41,775 nt of DNA from positions 1 through 41,775 of the IMG/VR virus record IMGVR_UViG_3300038393_000403; one strand, written 5' to 3'. Below, piece by piece: positions 17,103 through 25,255 of the stretch. Under the pieces are notes generated by a model. It was not told the origin of the DNA. It made no database searches and saw only the letters and a program-made list of their open reading frames with translations. The translations under genes and the position numbers were made by a program. How positions within the stretch are numbered: the stretch's first letter is position 1; every line of letters begins with the position of its first letter. This stretch comes from a virus. Its lineage: Duplodnaviria; Caudoviricetes.

Positions 17103-17455
17103 TCACCCCCGTTCTGCGCTGCTGCGAGCAGGGCGCGATATGCGCTTTCGTCCATCGCCTTCTGTTCGGGGTTATCGATCATTCGGCGGCCAGCCAGAAT
17201 CCTAGCCTCCTGTTCGTTGGCCCCGACATGCTTCGATTGATCAATCCACGTCGCCCATCGCATCGCCTCGGTGATTTCTCCCGGCACCACCACGAACCCT
17301 TCCCTCTCCATCTGTGCGAGGTAGGCCGTGATCGCGGCGGTGGCGTGTTGCGTGTAATAGTCGCTGATGTATTCGGCATTGTTGCAATTGCCGTGCATAG
17401 ACTCGCACGTTGCCTTCGCCGCCGCTTCCAGCGCAGTAGGGGAAAGTTGGGTCAT
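17099..17455 (-). CDS. Hypothetical phage protein
   Basis: ATGA-coupled; 'GFVVVPGEITEAM...YRALLAAA' recurrent phage early-gene motif. Confidence 0.65.
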   Translation of the reverse strand: MTQLSPTALEAAAKATCESMHGNCNNAEYISDYYTQHATAAITAYLAQMEREGFVVVPGEITEAMRWATWIDQSKHVGANEQEARILAGRRMIDNPEQKAMDESAYRALLAAAQNGGE

Positions 17456-17721
17456 TCGAAGCCGCTCCCTGCGACGAACACTCGGTCTTGTCCGGCGCAG
17501 TCGGCCGTCACTTCACGGATCTTGCGGAGTTCGACTAGTCGATCGGCACAGGCAAGCATGTCCCATGAGTTGCCGGAGTGGCCCTGCATCAACTCGGCCA
17601 TCCTAACCGCGCCGCTGATCCTGATCCTTGAGCGAGCCTTTTCATAGATGCTCAGGAATAGCTTTGAGCCTTCCTCTGTGAACAAATTTGGGCGCTGGGC
17701 TTGATAATCGTAGGCCATCAC
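17452..17721 (-). CDS. Hypothetical phage protein
   Basis: Coupled, with GGAGG RBS. Confidence 0.65.
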   Translation of the reverse strand: MMAYDYQAQRPNLFTEEGSKLFLSIYEKARSRIRISGAVRMAELMQGHSGNSWDMLACADRLVELRKIREVTADCAGQDRVFVAGSGFE

Positions 17722-18194
17722 TTCACTTCCTCCATCAGTTGGCGGGCGGCGCGGCTGAACACGTCGGCGTCAGTGTAAATTTCGCTACCTTCCATTCGTG
17801 GGTATGTTCCCCAACCTCGTTCCTCTGAAATAACATCCAGTCCGAGCCCCACGACTTCCCGGACACGGGCGCGGAGGGTGGAAAGTTCGGATTCGGCGGC
17901 GAGGGCGCGGGTTTTGTAGCCAAACATTGCTTCCGCAAACGGGGACTGGTTGTCGAGCCCAACCGTCTTGTTGCCGAGAATTTCAGCGCAAGCCTCGCGA
18001 ACTTGGGCGCGTGTCATCGGGCCTTGACAATTCACAATGCCATTGATACCGGCCCGCAGCCTCTCGATCTCGGCTCGGGCTTCCGTGAGGGCTTGGGCAT
18101 GATCCTGGTATCTCACGAACGGCCCTGTCGGGTCGTCGTAGGTTCGCATCATGCGAAAATCGACACTTAGACGCTCAATCAGGTCATCGCTCAT
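17718..18194 (-). CDS. Hypothetical Ead/Ea22-like mosaic protein
   Basis: Start MSDDLIERL at 18194 (GAGGG RBS); 'EARAEIERLR' and 'RALAAESEL..LR' coiled-coil linkers. Confidence 0.6.
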   Translation of the reverse strand: MSDDLIERLSVDFRMMRTYDDPTGPFVRYQDHAQALTEARAEIERLRAGINGIVNCQGPMTRAQVREACAEILGNKTVGLDNQSPFAEAMFGYKTRALAAESELSTLRARVREVVGLGLDVISEERGWGTYPRMEGSEIYTDADVFSRAARQLMEEVK

Positions 18195-18387
18195 TGGTGC
18201 GGCCCCTGTACGGGACGCAAATCGCGAATGTGCGATAGGCCCTGTCGTGGTTTCTATTGAGTTCAGTGTGGTGAGCCGTTTGAACAGCCGTGATCGCTTG
18301 CTCGCAAGCCGCTTTGTCGGCAAACCGCGCAGTCGCAGGTCCGCCGCCACGATCCATATAGAGAGCGAAAATAAGAACCCATTCCAT
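18184..18387 (-). CDS. Small protein with hydrophobic N-terminus and a Cys pair
   Basis: 'MEWVLIFALY...F...AACEQA...AICVP'. Confidence 0.6.
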   Translation of the reverse strand: MEWVLIFALYMDRGGGPATARFADKAACEQAITAVQTAHHTELNRNHDRAYRTFAICVPYRGRTNER

Positions 18388-18390
18388 CCC

Positions 18391-18633
18391 CTATTTCCCT
18401 TCCTGCTCAAGCGCGGCGCGGCCGGCGGGGGTGAGGGTCACGTTGTCGAACCCGGCATCCTGTACCAACCCTTTTTGTTTCAACGCGACGATAGTGGCGT
18501 TGCCGCATACGCGAGACACGTAGCCTCCCGGATGCTTGCGGCACCAATTCCAAAGCGATGTGGAATAGCGATGAAGTCCGCCGACCTCGTGAATGACGCC
18601 CAATACGCGTCGTTGCGCCTCTGTCAGCTTCAT
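18391..18633 (-). CDS. Hypothetical winged-helix-like protein
   Basis: 'MKLTEAQRRVL...L..KGLV....LTPAGRAAL' pattern. Confidence 0.65.
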   Translation of the reverse strand: MKLTEAQRRVLGVIHEVGGLHRYSTSLWNWCRKHPGGYVSRVCGNATIVALKQKGLVQDAGFDNVTLTPAGRAALEQEGK

Positions 18634-19022
18634 TCCCCGCCTCCCGACCGAATGGCGGCAACAGCAAACGCCATCGCACCCTGCGGCGTTCGGAATTTTT
18701 CATCCGTCTCGTCGCAGTATCGATCCCACAGGTCAGCGGGGTCGATTGCGTCCGCCCTAACCGCCGCTTCGTCGGGCACAAGGCCGGTGGCGAGGATGGC
18801 GCGGGCATGAAATTTTGCGGCGTCAGTCCGCTCGGCCATACCTCGATAATACAAATGGAACGCATCCAGTGATGATAGATACCGCGCCACCCTCTCGACC
18901 GCATCGCCTTTGAAGGAGGCGAGGGCTTCGTCGATCATCCGCAACGTATTCTCGGCGTTGCTGCCCGGAGCAGCCTCGACGTATGCGCGCGCCCGTTCCA
19001 GTGCTTCTTTCGGTGTGGTCAT
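18630..19022 (-). CDS. Hypothetical phage protein
   Basis: AAGGA RBS, ATGA-coupled start at 19022. Confidence 0.6.
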   Translation of the reverse strand: MTTPKEALERARAYVEAAPGSNAENTLRMIDEALASFKGDAVERVARYLSSLDAFHLYYRGMAERTDAAKFHARAILATGLVPDEAAVRADAIDPADLWDRYCDETDEKFRTPQGAMAFAVAAIRSGGGE

Positions 19023-19210
19023 GGGCGGTCCTTTCGTCGAAGTTCGACAGCACCAGTCAACCGAACGTGCATCGTGTATCCGTGCTCCTTGAGCCATTGA
19101 CAGATGCGCGCAATCTCAAAATCGTAGTAGGGTTGAGCCCGCATCACCTCACTTCCTCCTGATCTCGTGCGTTTCGAGCAGAGCGCGGGCGAGGTCTTCT
19201 TCATCGTCAT
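19019..19210 (-). CDS. Hypothetical protein (start may be 19144)
   Basis: Fills the gap in the coupled operon; GAGGTG RBS before ATG 19144. Confidence 0.45.
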   Translation of the reverse strand: MTMKKTSPALCSKRTRSGGSEVMRAQPYYDFEIARICQWLKEHGYTMHVRLTGAVELRRKDRP

Positions 19211-20205
19211 CGCCGCGCACGGTTAAGAATCCGCTGTCGTAGATAAAGCCGGGCAAGGCTCTCCACCGTCACGTCGCTGCGGGTGGGTGAAGGGTCTGAC
19301 GGACCGGGCGCTACTCCGGCTTGCGCTGGCATCGTCGCAGGCGTTGTTTGCTCAATGCAGGGAGCCCGTCCCCCAGTGCCAGGATGTGCGGGTCTGCTTT
19401 CCCCGCCGCCGTCAGATTTCGTCAATGCCTCAGACCGCAGAGCGGTTAAGGCGTTGATGATCGCATTCATCATGTCGAACTTAGGTCGCCCGTAGTCGGC
19501 CGTCAGTTCTTCGCGCTTGTAGTCGCCAAAATTTCCTGTCTGACGCACCGCCTGAATGCATGCTTCAATAGCTTCGTTCCATCCGCCGTCAGATTTCGTC
19601 GTCGCGCCGGGCGCGGTGAGCCAAATCAGGCCGTTGGTATCGCGGATTTCATCGCCATTGCTGATCTGTCGCGCAAGACGGCGCATGTCCGTCTCAAAAG
19701 CATCATACGCTTCACGCAGAGCACCGAACACATTGATCCGCGCGGCGGCTCGGCCGGCCGCCGCGGCTTTGTCAGCGGCGAGAAGAAAAGCGCGCTCCAA
19801 CGCCTCTCGCATCCCGGCGTCTGCGGGTGGGGCGGTGCCTTGGTCCGATCTGATTTTCAGGTTGATGGCGTCTAGCAGCCACTCCCGATCTTTGTCAGTC
19901 GTAGGCCGATTGAAATGCAGTTTGATGACGCGGTTGCTGTCGATATCGCCGGACATCGCCTTGAGGTCGGCACCGCCGACAAGATAAGTGTCCTTCACCC
20001 CGCTATCAGATGAGGCGAGACGGCGGAGGGCGGATTCAAGCCGATCAATGTACTCGGCGTCCGTTTCCGGCCGTTCGGTATTCGAGCAATGCTCATCGTT
20101 GCGGATATTCTTGCCGCAACGCGCGCACGTATCAAAATCATCATCGCTCGGCACGAAGTAGTGCTTGCGCGGCTTCACCAGTTCCTCGCGATCAGGATTC
20201 GTCAT
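19207..20205 (-). CDS. Multi-module mosaic early protein
   Basis: GGAGG RBS before ATG 20205; N-terminal H/CxxC/H cluster; internal repeated TKSDGG linker. Confidence 0.65.
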   Translation of the reverse strand: MTNPDREELVKPRKHYFVPSDDDFDTCARCGKNIRNDEHCSNTERPETDAEYIDRLESALRRLASSDSGVKDTYLVGGADLKAMSGDIDSNRVIKLHFNRPTTDKDREWLLDAINLKIRSDQGTAPPADAGMREALERAFLLAADKAAAAGRAAARINVFGALREAYDAFETDMRRLARQISNGDEIRDTNGLIWLTAPGATTKSDGGWNEAIEACIQAVRQTGNFGDYKREELTADYGRPKFDMMNAIINALTALRSEALTKSDGGGESRPAHPGTGGRAPCIEQTTPATMPAQAGVAPGPSDPSPTRSDVTVESLARLYLRQRILNRARR

Positions 20206-20629
20206 TGGTTGCCTCCGTCTGTCTGGCGCGAAGGATGGCGGCGAGAAGGGCGAGGGTGGGATCGTCATGCCGCGCGATGTAGTTCGACGAGGACCGCCAG
20301 AATCCGACGCGGGCGCGAAAGATTCCGGGTATCCCGAAAGATGCCATCGGACTATCCGGCGACCGCAACTGTTCGATGAGCCACCAGCATTCGGTCGTCG
20401 GCGGCAGCAACGTGCGAACGGCGTCGATAGAGGTGGAATACGCGGGCGGACCTTCCCACGCCACGTGGTCTATTGGGTCGCGACGCAACCAAACATCGCC
20501 GTCAATAAGGTCGTTCGCCCAAACGTCGCCCGGTTTTTCGCAGATGGCTTTCCAGATACCGCCATCCAACTCCCGACTGCCTTCCGTCGCGGCCTCAATG
20601 CGCTCAATGAGTGAGGTGAGTGAGGTCAT
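20192..20629 (-). CDS. Phage protein, ABA-sandwich-like domain
   Basis: 'GSRELDGGI...PPAYSTSIDAV..L...PTLALLAAILRA' pattern. Confidence 0.55.
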   Translation of the reverse strand: MTSLTSLIERIEAATEGSRELDGGIWKAICEKPGDVWANDLIDGDVWLRRDPIDHVAWEGPPAYSTSIDAVRTLLPPTTECWWLIEQLRSPDSPMASFGIPGIFRARVGFWRSSSNYIARHDDPTLALLAAILRARQTEATNDES

Positions 20630-21018
20630 TGCGCGGCCTCGTAGGCTTGGAGAGCGGTACGAGCCTTGCATTCGGCCGCATAGGCGTGGGCGTATGCTTG
20701 AGCGGTGGATGTTGCCATGATCGATTTTGGTGCCGTCATCATCGCCAAAGCGGCTTGAGAGGCGCGCAGCGCCTCTACCAGAGGCTCGACGAGATCGGCG
20801 CGGTGTTTCAGCGCGTCATACTGGTTGCAGGCTTCGACGATGAAGGCGGCGTTTGCTTTGGCTTGCCGCTCGCCGCCATGATCGTTGAGCACTTCCGCAA
20901 TACAATAATCGATGCCATCATTAAGAGCGGACTTCGGATAAATCATCCACCTTCTGCGCGGACTGAAAAAATCCCACGGTCCAGGAGTCCGCGCCGGCAT
21001 CTTGCTTGCTTCACTCAT
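20626..21018 (-). CDS. Hypothetical phage protein (TPGPW...ANA.FI family)
   Basis: 'RTPGPW...KANAAFIVEACN'; GGGAGG RBS. Confidence 0.65.
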   Translation of the reverse strand: MSEASKMPARTPGPWDFFSPRRRWMIYPKSALNDGIDYCIAEVLNDHGGERQAKANAAFIVEACNQYDALKHRADLVEPLVEALRASQAALAMMTAPKSIMATSTAQAYAHAYAAECKARTALQAYEAAQ

Positions 21019-21292
21019 CGGAGCCTCCCGACTTAGAGGCGGCGAGCATCGCATCCGCGAGGTCGAATGCGGCTTTCGTAATCTGTTCGTCGGTAATGTC
21101 CGCGATATTGGGGGACCAAGGCGTGTAGCTGTTGGCGCAAATGCCCGTCAGCGCCGCCGCAGCGAAGTAATCGCGCTTGGTGAGGCCGGACGAAATGTCT
21201 ACGCCGCGCGTGTCGGTTACCGGGTTGATTGCAGTATCTGCGTTCAAGGGAAAGGCAGGCCCGCCCGTGTCGATCTTGCTATTCTCAGCCAT
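21011..21292 (-). CDS. Conserved phage early protein
   Basis: 'GGPAFP...GLTKRDYFAAAAL...AFDLADAMLAA' recurrent phage motif. Confidence 0.75.
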   Translation of the reverse strand: MAENSKIDTGGPAFPLNADTAINPVTDTRGVDISSGLTKRDYFAAAALTGICANSYTPWSPNIADITDEQITKAAFDLADAMLAASKSGGSDE

Positions 21293-21578
21293 GTGCCTTC
21301 ACCTCGTCGGTGCGGGTGGCGGAACGCAAAATTTCCTCGAACACAGCAATAGAAGTAGGGCGGGAGACGATGGGGCGGAAGCACTTCGCCATGTAACCGG
21401 GGTCAAAGTGATCGTCGCCGCCGAACGGCAACTCGACAAGGTCAACCATCTTGTCGCCATCAGAATCAATCCAAGCGTCTGCGATGGTGTAAACCCGACC
21501 CACAACCGGGATGTGGTCAACTTCGTTATCTTTGCGCTCATACTCGACGCAAATGCACTTCTGCCCAACCCTAAACAT
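21285..21578 (-). CDS. Hypothetical phage protein
   Basis: 'MFRVGQKCICV...G.VYTI...FRP...TSIAVF..IL'; GGGGAG RBS. Confidence 0.65.
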   Translation of the reverse strand: MFRVGQKCICVEYERKDNEVDHIPVVGRVYTIADAWIDSDGDKMVDLVELPFGGDDHFDPGYMAKCFRPIVSRPTSIAVFEEILRSATRTDEVKAHG

Positions 21579-21765
21579 GCGCCATCTCCCCGCGCACAAT
21601 CTCGTTGTCGCGCTGCCAGTCGTTCAATGTTGTGTTGTCGTTCAATTCCCAGCGGCGGGCCTGATCGAGGTAGAGCAGGCGGTTGGCGATCTGCTGCGGT
21701 GTTTCGCGTTGCCATGCGCTCACCGTCAGCAAGGCGCGGTCTGCAATGTGGTCGGGGGCGGTCAT
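21571..21765 (-). CDS. Hypothetical protein
   Basis: Overlap-coupled in the early operon. Confidence 0.55.
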   Translation of the reverse strand: MTAPDHIADRALLTVSAWQRETPQQIANRLLYLDQARRWELNDNTTLNDWQRDNEIVRGEMAHV

Positions 21766-21983
21766 GGCTTGAACCCCAATGCGTCGAGATAGAAGCGGGT
21801 CAGCGAGTCGTATTGACCGGCGCGATTGCGGAGCTTTTGGCCTTCGTCGCCGTCCTTCTCGATCATGCGGGCCGATGCGCCGGGACCGCCGCCAGATGCG
21901 TCATCGAGCTTGGCGCGATAGACCTTTTCGGAAATGTCCCGGATGTAGTTCGGGTCGAATGTGGGCTTGGGAACGCGGGTCAT
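21762..21983 (-). CDS. Hypothetical protein
   Basis: ATGA-coupled start at 21983. Confidence 0.55.
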   Translation of the reverse strand: MTRVPKPTFDPNYIRDISEKVYRAKLDDASGGGPGASARMIEKDGDEGQKLRNRAGQYDSLTRFYLDALGFKP

Positions 21984-22351
21984 TGATCCGCCCCCGTGGC
22001 CTTGGCGATGGCGGCGCGGATCGTCGTCAGGAAGGGTTCGGCGCTTGCCCAGCCGGACAGCCATTCCTCTGCGCTCTTACATGCGGTGAGCAGTTCGGCG
22101 CGCTGCTCCGCAAGCTGGCGCGGCGTCAGGCCGGTTTCGTGAGCGACGGTGAAGGCTTCCGCGATCAGATTGGCGTTGGCCTCGGCAGGAAGCCGGGAGC
22201 CCTCTCTGTCGGCGGCGCGGCCGAATGCCTCGGCGATAACGCGCTTGTCGCCGCAACCGATGGCAAAATCGTATTCGCCATCACTCGGAATTTTTGACCG
22301 GGTGACAGATGCCGGCCCCGCCGTGAACGCATGTTTGCGGGTGGAGGTCAT
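21980..22351 (-). CDS. Hypothetical phage protein (related to 20626-21018)
   Basis: 'FTAGP...EANANLIAEA...ELLTACK...RAAIAKATG'. Confidence 0.65.
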   Translation of the reverse strand: MTSTRKHAFTAGPASVTRSKIPSDGEYDFAIGCGDKRVIAEAFGRAADREGSRLPAEANANLIAEAFTVAHETGLTPRQLAEQRAELLTACKSAEEWLSGWASAEPFLTTIRAAIAKATGADQ

Positions 22352-22647
22352 GCCGCCACCCAATGCTTGCGCTCGTCGCGGTTATGATCGCGCAGCCAAT
22401 CAACAATGCGCTGCTCGGTTTCGTCGCGCGCAGGCTCGACGTTGAGAACTTCGCAGGCTTCCAGCAGACGATTTTCCGCCGTGCCGTCATGAATGTGGGT
22501 GAGCGACACGACCTTGTGACCGGCGCTCCACGCCTCTTTCACCTTGCCGAGGGCGTCGGACCATGTGTCGTTCTGATCGACGATGCCTTGAGGCGCGCCG
22601 TCGCCGTAATCGACCATGACAATGAAAAGGTCTGGCTGGCTGATCAT
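22348..22647 (-). CDS. First gene of the leftward early operon, hypothetical
   Basis: GGGG RBS; directly downstream of the predicted PL. Confidence 0.65.
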   Translation of the reverse strand: MISQPDLFIVMVDYGDGAPQGIVDQNDTWSDALGKVKEAWSAGHKVVSLTHIHDGTAENRLLEACEVLNVEPARDETEQRIVDWLRDHNRDERKHWVAA

Positions 22648-22683
22648 GCTCTTGCCCCATCGGTGCGTTGGTTGATGGGGATT

Positions 22684-22734
22684 GTTATGGCACGCTATGG
22701 CGTGTCACGCAAGCAAGAAAAACGCTATAGCGTG
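22684..22734 (-). promoter_or_regulatory. PL promoter with two operators (OL)
   Basis: Minus strand TTGCGT-N17-CATAAC (22712 to 22684); near-palindromes CACGCTATGGCGTG (22691-22704) and AACGCTATAGCGTG (22721-22734). Confidence 0.8.
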
Positions 22735-22778
22735 TTTTTATTTGTGCAGCGATGCCAGCCGGGCTATGCTCGGGCATG

Positions 22779-22803
22779 AAAAAGCCCCGCTGTGGGGCGG
22801 GGC
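22779..22803 (-). terminator. Terminator closing the immunity region
   Basis: AAAAA-GCCCCGC-tgtggg-GCGGGGC on the + strand. Confidence 0.7.
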
Positions 22804-22825
22804 GGGAGGCGAAAGGAACGAATGT

Positions 22826-23221
22826 CTACTGAACGCTTCGGTCCAGTAATTCGCGAATGCCGGTCATCTGCTGATCTAGATCGCGGAACTGTTCCGGCAA
22901 AAATGTCAAATCGACGTGTATGTCCCCGCGTAGAGTTATCCTCCACGCCAATCGGCCATCGGCAGACATCGAAGATGTCATCCCTATTACCTCAAGCGCC
23001 TGCGTCCGATGCCCCGCCGACGCCGGGAGGCTGGCACGAAGCGCAGTGGCTTCACCCTGTATGGCCACGATTAAGGCCGGAACAATGGCGGGATCGATCT
23101 CGATAGCGTAGGCTTGGCCGTCCTCACCGGTAAAGAGGATGTCAACGGAGTTGCGCTCAGTGTTTGCGGTGCTGCCGCTAACCGCCACAAACCGCGGGGC
23201 CTTGCGAACATCTATTGTCAT
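22826..23221 (-). CDS. Hypothetical protein in the immunity region (rex-like position)
   Basis: GGAGGGG RBS, AT-rich upstream region, own terminator; between cI and OL. Confidence 0.7.
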   Translation of the reverse strand: MTIDVRKAPRFVAVSGSTANTERNSVDILFTGEDGQAYAIEIDPAIVPALIVAIQGEATALRASLPASAGHRTQALEVIGMTSSMSADGRLAWRITLRGDIHVDLTFLPEQFRDLDQQMTGIRELLDRSVQ

Positions 23222-23361
23222 TACCCCTCCACGCCCGCTCTAATCGCGGCACCATTTGCGAACTTGAATTTCATCTTCACGATTTTCGAAACATATATTT
23301 TGGGAGTTTCTTTAATTTTAGGATTCTGATCCTTGAATTTCTAACTACGTTCTGATTGCAT

Positions 23362-23376
23362 GAACGAATAGGGAAC
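23362..23376. promoter_or_regulatory. Alphaproteobacterial LexA (SOS) box
   Basis: Exact GAAC-gaatagg-GAAC; second one-mismatch box TTTC-taactac-GTTC at 23338-23352; TTGAAT -35-like element at 23333-23338. Confidence 0.75.
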
Positions 23377-23389
23377 GTGGGGCGCAATC

Positions 23390-23545
23390 GTGTACGATCT
23401 GCTGGCACTATTCGACGAATGGAGAGGCCTTAGCCCCGGGGACCGGCGGCTGGCTCTTGACCACCTGATTTTGCTCTCAAAGCGCGAAAAAAACGATAAG
23501 CCTCAGCCCGCAATTCCGGGTCAAGGCTCGCGACCACCCGGATAA
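23390..23545 (+). CDS. Candidate LexA-regulated antirepressor peptide, antisense to the repressor 3' end (not in the ORF track)
   Basis: GTG start 13 bp after the LexA box; MYDLLALFDEWRGLSPGDRRLALDHLILLSKREKNDKPQPAIPGQGSRPPG*; L-x-P-x-x-R-x-x-A pattern shared with the repressor C-terminus. Confidence 0.55.
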   Translation: MYDLLALFDEWRGLSPGDRRLALDHLILLSKREKNDKPQPAIPGQGSRPPG

Positions 23546-23774
23546 ATTCATCGTCTTCTGGCGTCCTTTCGTGGCCGGTCAACACGTACATGGCCGAAGC
23601 GCTGCCGAGCACGTTTAGGATTGCGAGAAACCGATCCACGGTCGGCCGCTTGCCGTTCCGAACCATCTGCTGGACGTAGTTCGGCCCACAACCAGCGGCC
23701 TGGCTGATCGCTTTCATATCGCGACCGTCCTTCTCGATCATCTCAACGAATCGCGAGTACCAATCCTTATTCAT
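23430..23774 (-). CDS. CI-like XRE-family repressor lacking an S24 autopeptidase domain
   Basis: HTH 'MKAISQAAGCGPNYVQQMVRNGKRPTVDRFLAILNVLG'; 114 aa from ATG 23774; divergent from the cro-like gene. Confidence 0.85.
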   Translation of the reverse strand: MNKDWYSRFVEMIEKDGRDMKAISQAAGCGPNYVQQMVRNGKRPTVDRFLAILNVLGSASAMYVLTGHERTPEDDEFIRVVASLDPELRAEAYRFFRALRAKSGGQEPAAGPRG

Positions 23775-23787
23775 GCGGAACTTGTAA

Positions 23788-23854
23788 CACGCTATCAGCA
23801 TGGGCGGAGCACGTTATAGCGTGTCTTGACCAGCACGCTAAAGCGTGTTAGGTG
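23788..23854 (+). promoter_or_regulatory. OR operators and PR promoter
   Basis: CACGTTATAGCGTG (23810-23823), CACGCTAAAGCGTG (23834-23847), degenerate CACGCTATCAGCATG (23788-23802); TTGACC-N17-TAGGTG (23826-23854). Confidence 0.8.
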
Positions 23855-23861
23855 ACGGTTC

Positions 23862-24059
23862 ATGCGAAATGATCTCCTCACCGATATCGAGAAATTCATG
23901 CAGGCCAACGGCATCGGCCCGCACCGATTTGGCATCCTCGCAGTAAAGAACGGTCGGCTTGTCGATCGGCTCCGCGATGGGCGCCGCATCTGGCCCGAGA
24001 CTGAAAAGCAAATCAGAGACTTCATGCGCTCCCGGTCAAAATCGCGGAGAGCGGCATGA
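23862..24059 (+). CDS. Cro-like transcriptional regulator
   Basis: 65 aa 'LLTDIEKFM...IGPHRFGILAVKNGRLVDRLRDGR...TEKQIRDFM'; divergent from the repressor. Confidence 0.8.
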   Translation: MRNDLLTDIEKFMQANGIGPHRFGILAVKNGRLVDRLRDGRRIWPETEKQIRDFMRSRSKSRRAA

Positions 24060-24616
24060 ACAGCAACCCGTACATCTATTTCATAAAGCCGGTCGGGATG
24101 ACCGGGCCGATCAAGATTGGGTGCTCCTGCATGCCTGAGCGCCGTCTTTCCACGCTGTCTACATGGTCTCCATTTGAGTTGGAGATTGTTACGACGATTG
24201 CGGGGGGGCAACGCCTTGAGCGCAATATTCATGAATGCTTTGCTGATCTGCATACTCACCGCGAATGGTTCATGCCGGGGCGGCATCTGCTCGATGCGAT
24301 TAGCCGGTTGAAGAATGGCGAGCCCATCGAACAAGTAATCAATCTCAATAAGCGCATCGGGCGGATCACGAACGGGCGTTGCGGCGGTGCGGGTTGGAGC
24401 GAAGTGACCCGCCAAAAGATGAGCATCTTCCATCGAGTGCGCGGCGCGATGAAGAAGATTGGTGGGAGCCCATACAACCCGCCAAAACAGATCGATGCCA
24501 TCATGCGCATCTCCGAACAGCGCATTCTCAACCCGGATGAACTCGCTCAAATCAATAGGTTCACAAGCAACCCATTTGCGTTCGCCCCCACCTCCGACCA
24601 ACGGGGCGCCGCATGA
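24056..24616 (+). CDS. GIY-YIG-like (T5orf172/MUG113) domain protein
   Basis: 'YIYFI...PIKIGCS..PERRL..L...SP..L...LERNIHECFA....REWF'. Confidence 0.8.
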   Translation: MNSNPYIYFIKPVGMTGPIKIGCSCMPERRLSTLSTWSPFELEIVTTIAGGQRLERNIHECFADLHTHREWFMPGRHLLDAISRLKNGEPIEQVINLNKRIGRITNGRCGGAGWSEVTRQKMSIFHRVRGAMKKIGGSPYNPPKQIDAIMRISEQRILNPDELAQINRFTSNPFAFAPTSDQRGAA

Positions 24617-24695
24617 CCGCCGACGCTCTCTCCACCATTGGCATTGCCATCCTGCCGTTTGCTTTTGCATGGGCGCTGCTGCCACGGAGGCGGGG

Positions 24696-24977
24696 ATGAG
24701 CCTCACCAACATTTCGCCGCCCACCGATCTGACGCCGAAGGCTAAGTACTTCGATGAAGTCGGGGATACTTGTCTGAACGTCGATATGTGCATTGAGGTC
24801 TGTCGGCGGACAGACACGCCGAAGGCCAAGGCAATCTATCGCGCGTTCCGCAAACGCCTTGCGACAAACCAGCAAGGTATCCTTTCTGCTGAAAAGCATC
24901 GTGAGCAGGCGTTCTTTGACGCGCTTCATGATCTCGGCTTCCGCACGTCGTTCACTCCGATCAAAGGGACGATGTGA
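24696..24977 (+). CDS. Hypothetical protein
   Basis: GGAGG/GGGG RBS before ATG 24696. Confidence 0.55.
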   Translation: MSLTNISPPTDLTPKAKYFDEVGDTCLNVDMCIEVCRRTDTPKAKAIYRAFRKRLATNQQGILSAEKHREQAFFDALHDLGFRTSFTPIKGTM

Positions 24978-25255
24978 TGACCTCCATTCTCTCCCTTGCG
25001 CGTGAAAACTCAGTCCCAACACCACGCGCCAACTCGCCGGCCAGCGCTGGCGTTTTTTATTCCTGCCTCGCCAATCCGTTCGCCGGGCTCGGTGAACGTC
25101 CCGACGAATGGCACGCCGTTCCATCGTGTCCGTCTTCCGATCTGCTGCCGCCGCTCGATGATTGCGCGCCGGTCGATATCAGCCGCGTCGATCTGATGGC
25201 TTGGGTCCGCCAGCTTGCGGACGAAGTGATTTTGCAGCGGGGCGCGTCATGCTGA
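24974..25255 (+). CDS. Hypothetical protein
   Basis: Coupled to neighbours; contains an internal terminator-like hairpin. Confidence 0.4.
   Translation: MMTSILSLARENSVPTPRANSPASAGVFYSCLANPFAGLGERPDEWHAVPSCPSSDLLPPLDDCAPVDISRVDLMAWVRQLADEVILQRGASC
25035..25061 (+). terminator. tR-like intrinsic terminator
   Basis: CGCCGGC-cagc-GCTGGCG-TTTTTTATT. Confidence 0.6.

Noticed and set aside
23795-24829. 344-aa minus-strand ORF
   Set aside because: Shadow of cro and the GIY-YIG-like gene, which have clear motifs on the plus strand; no recognisable motif
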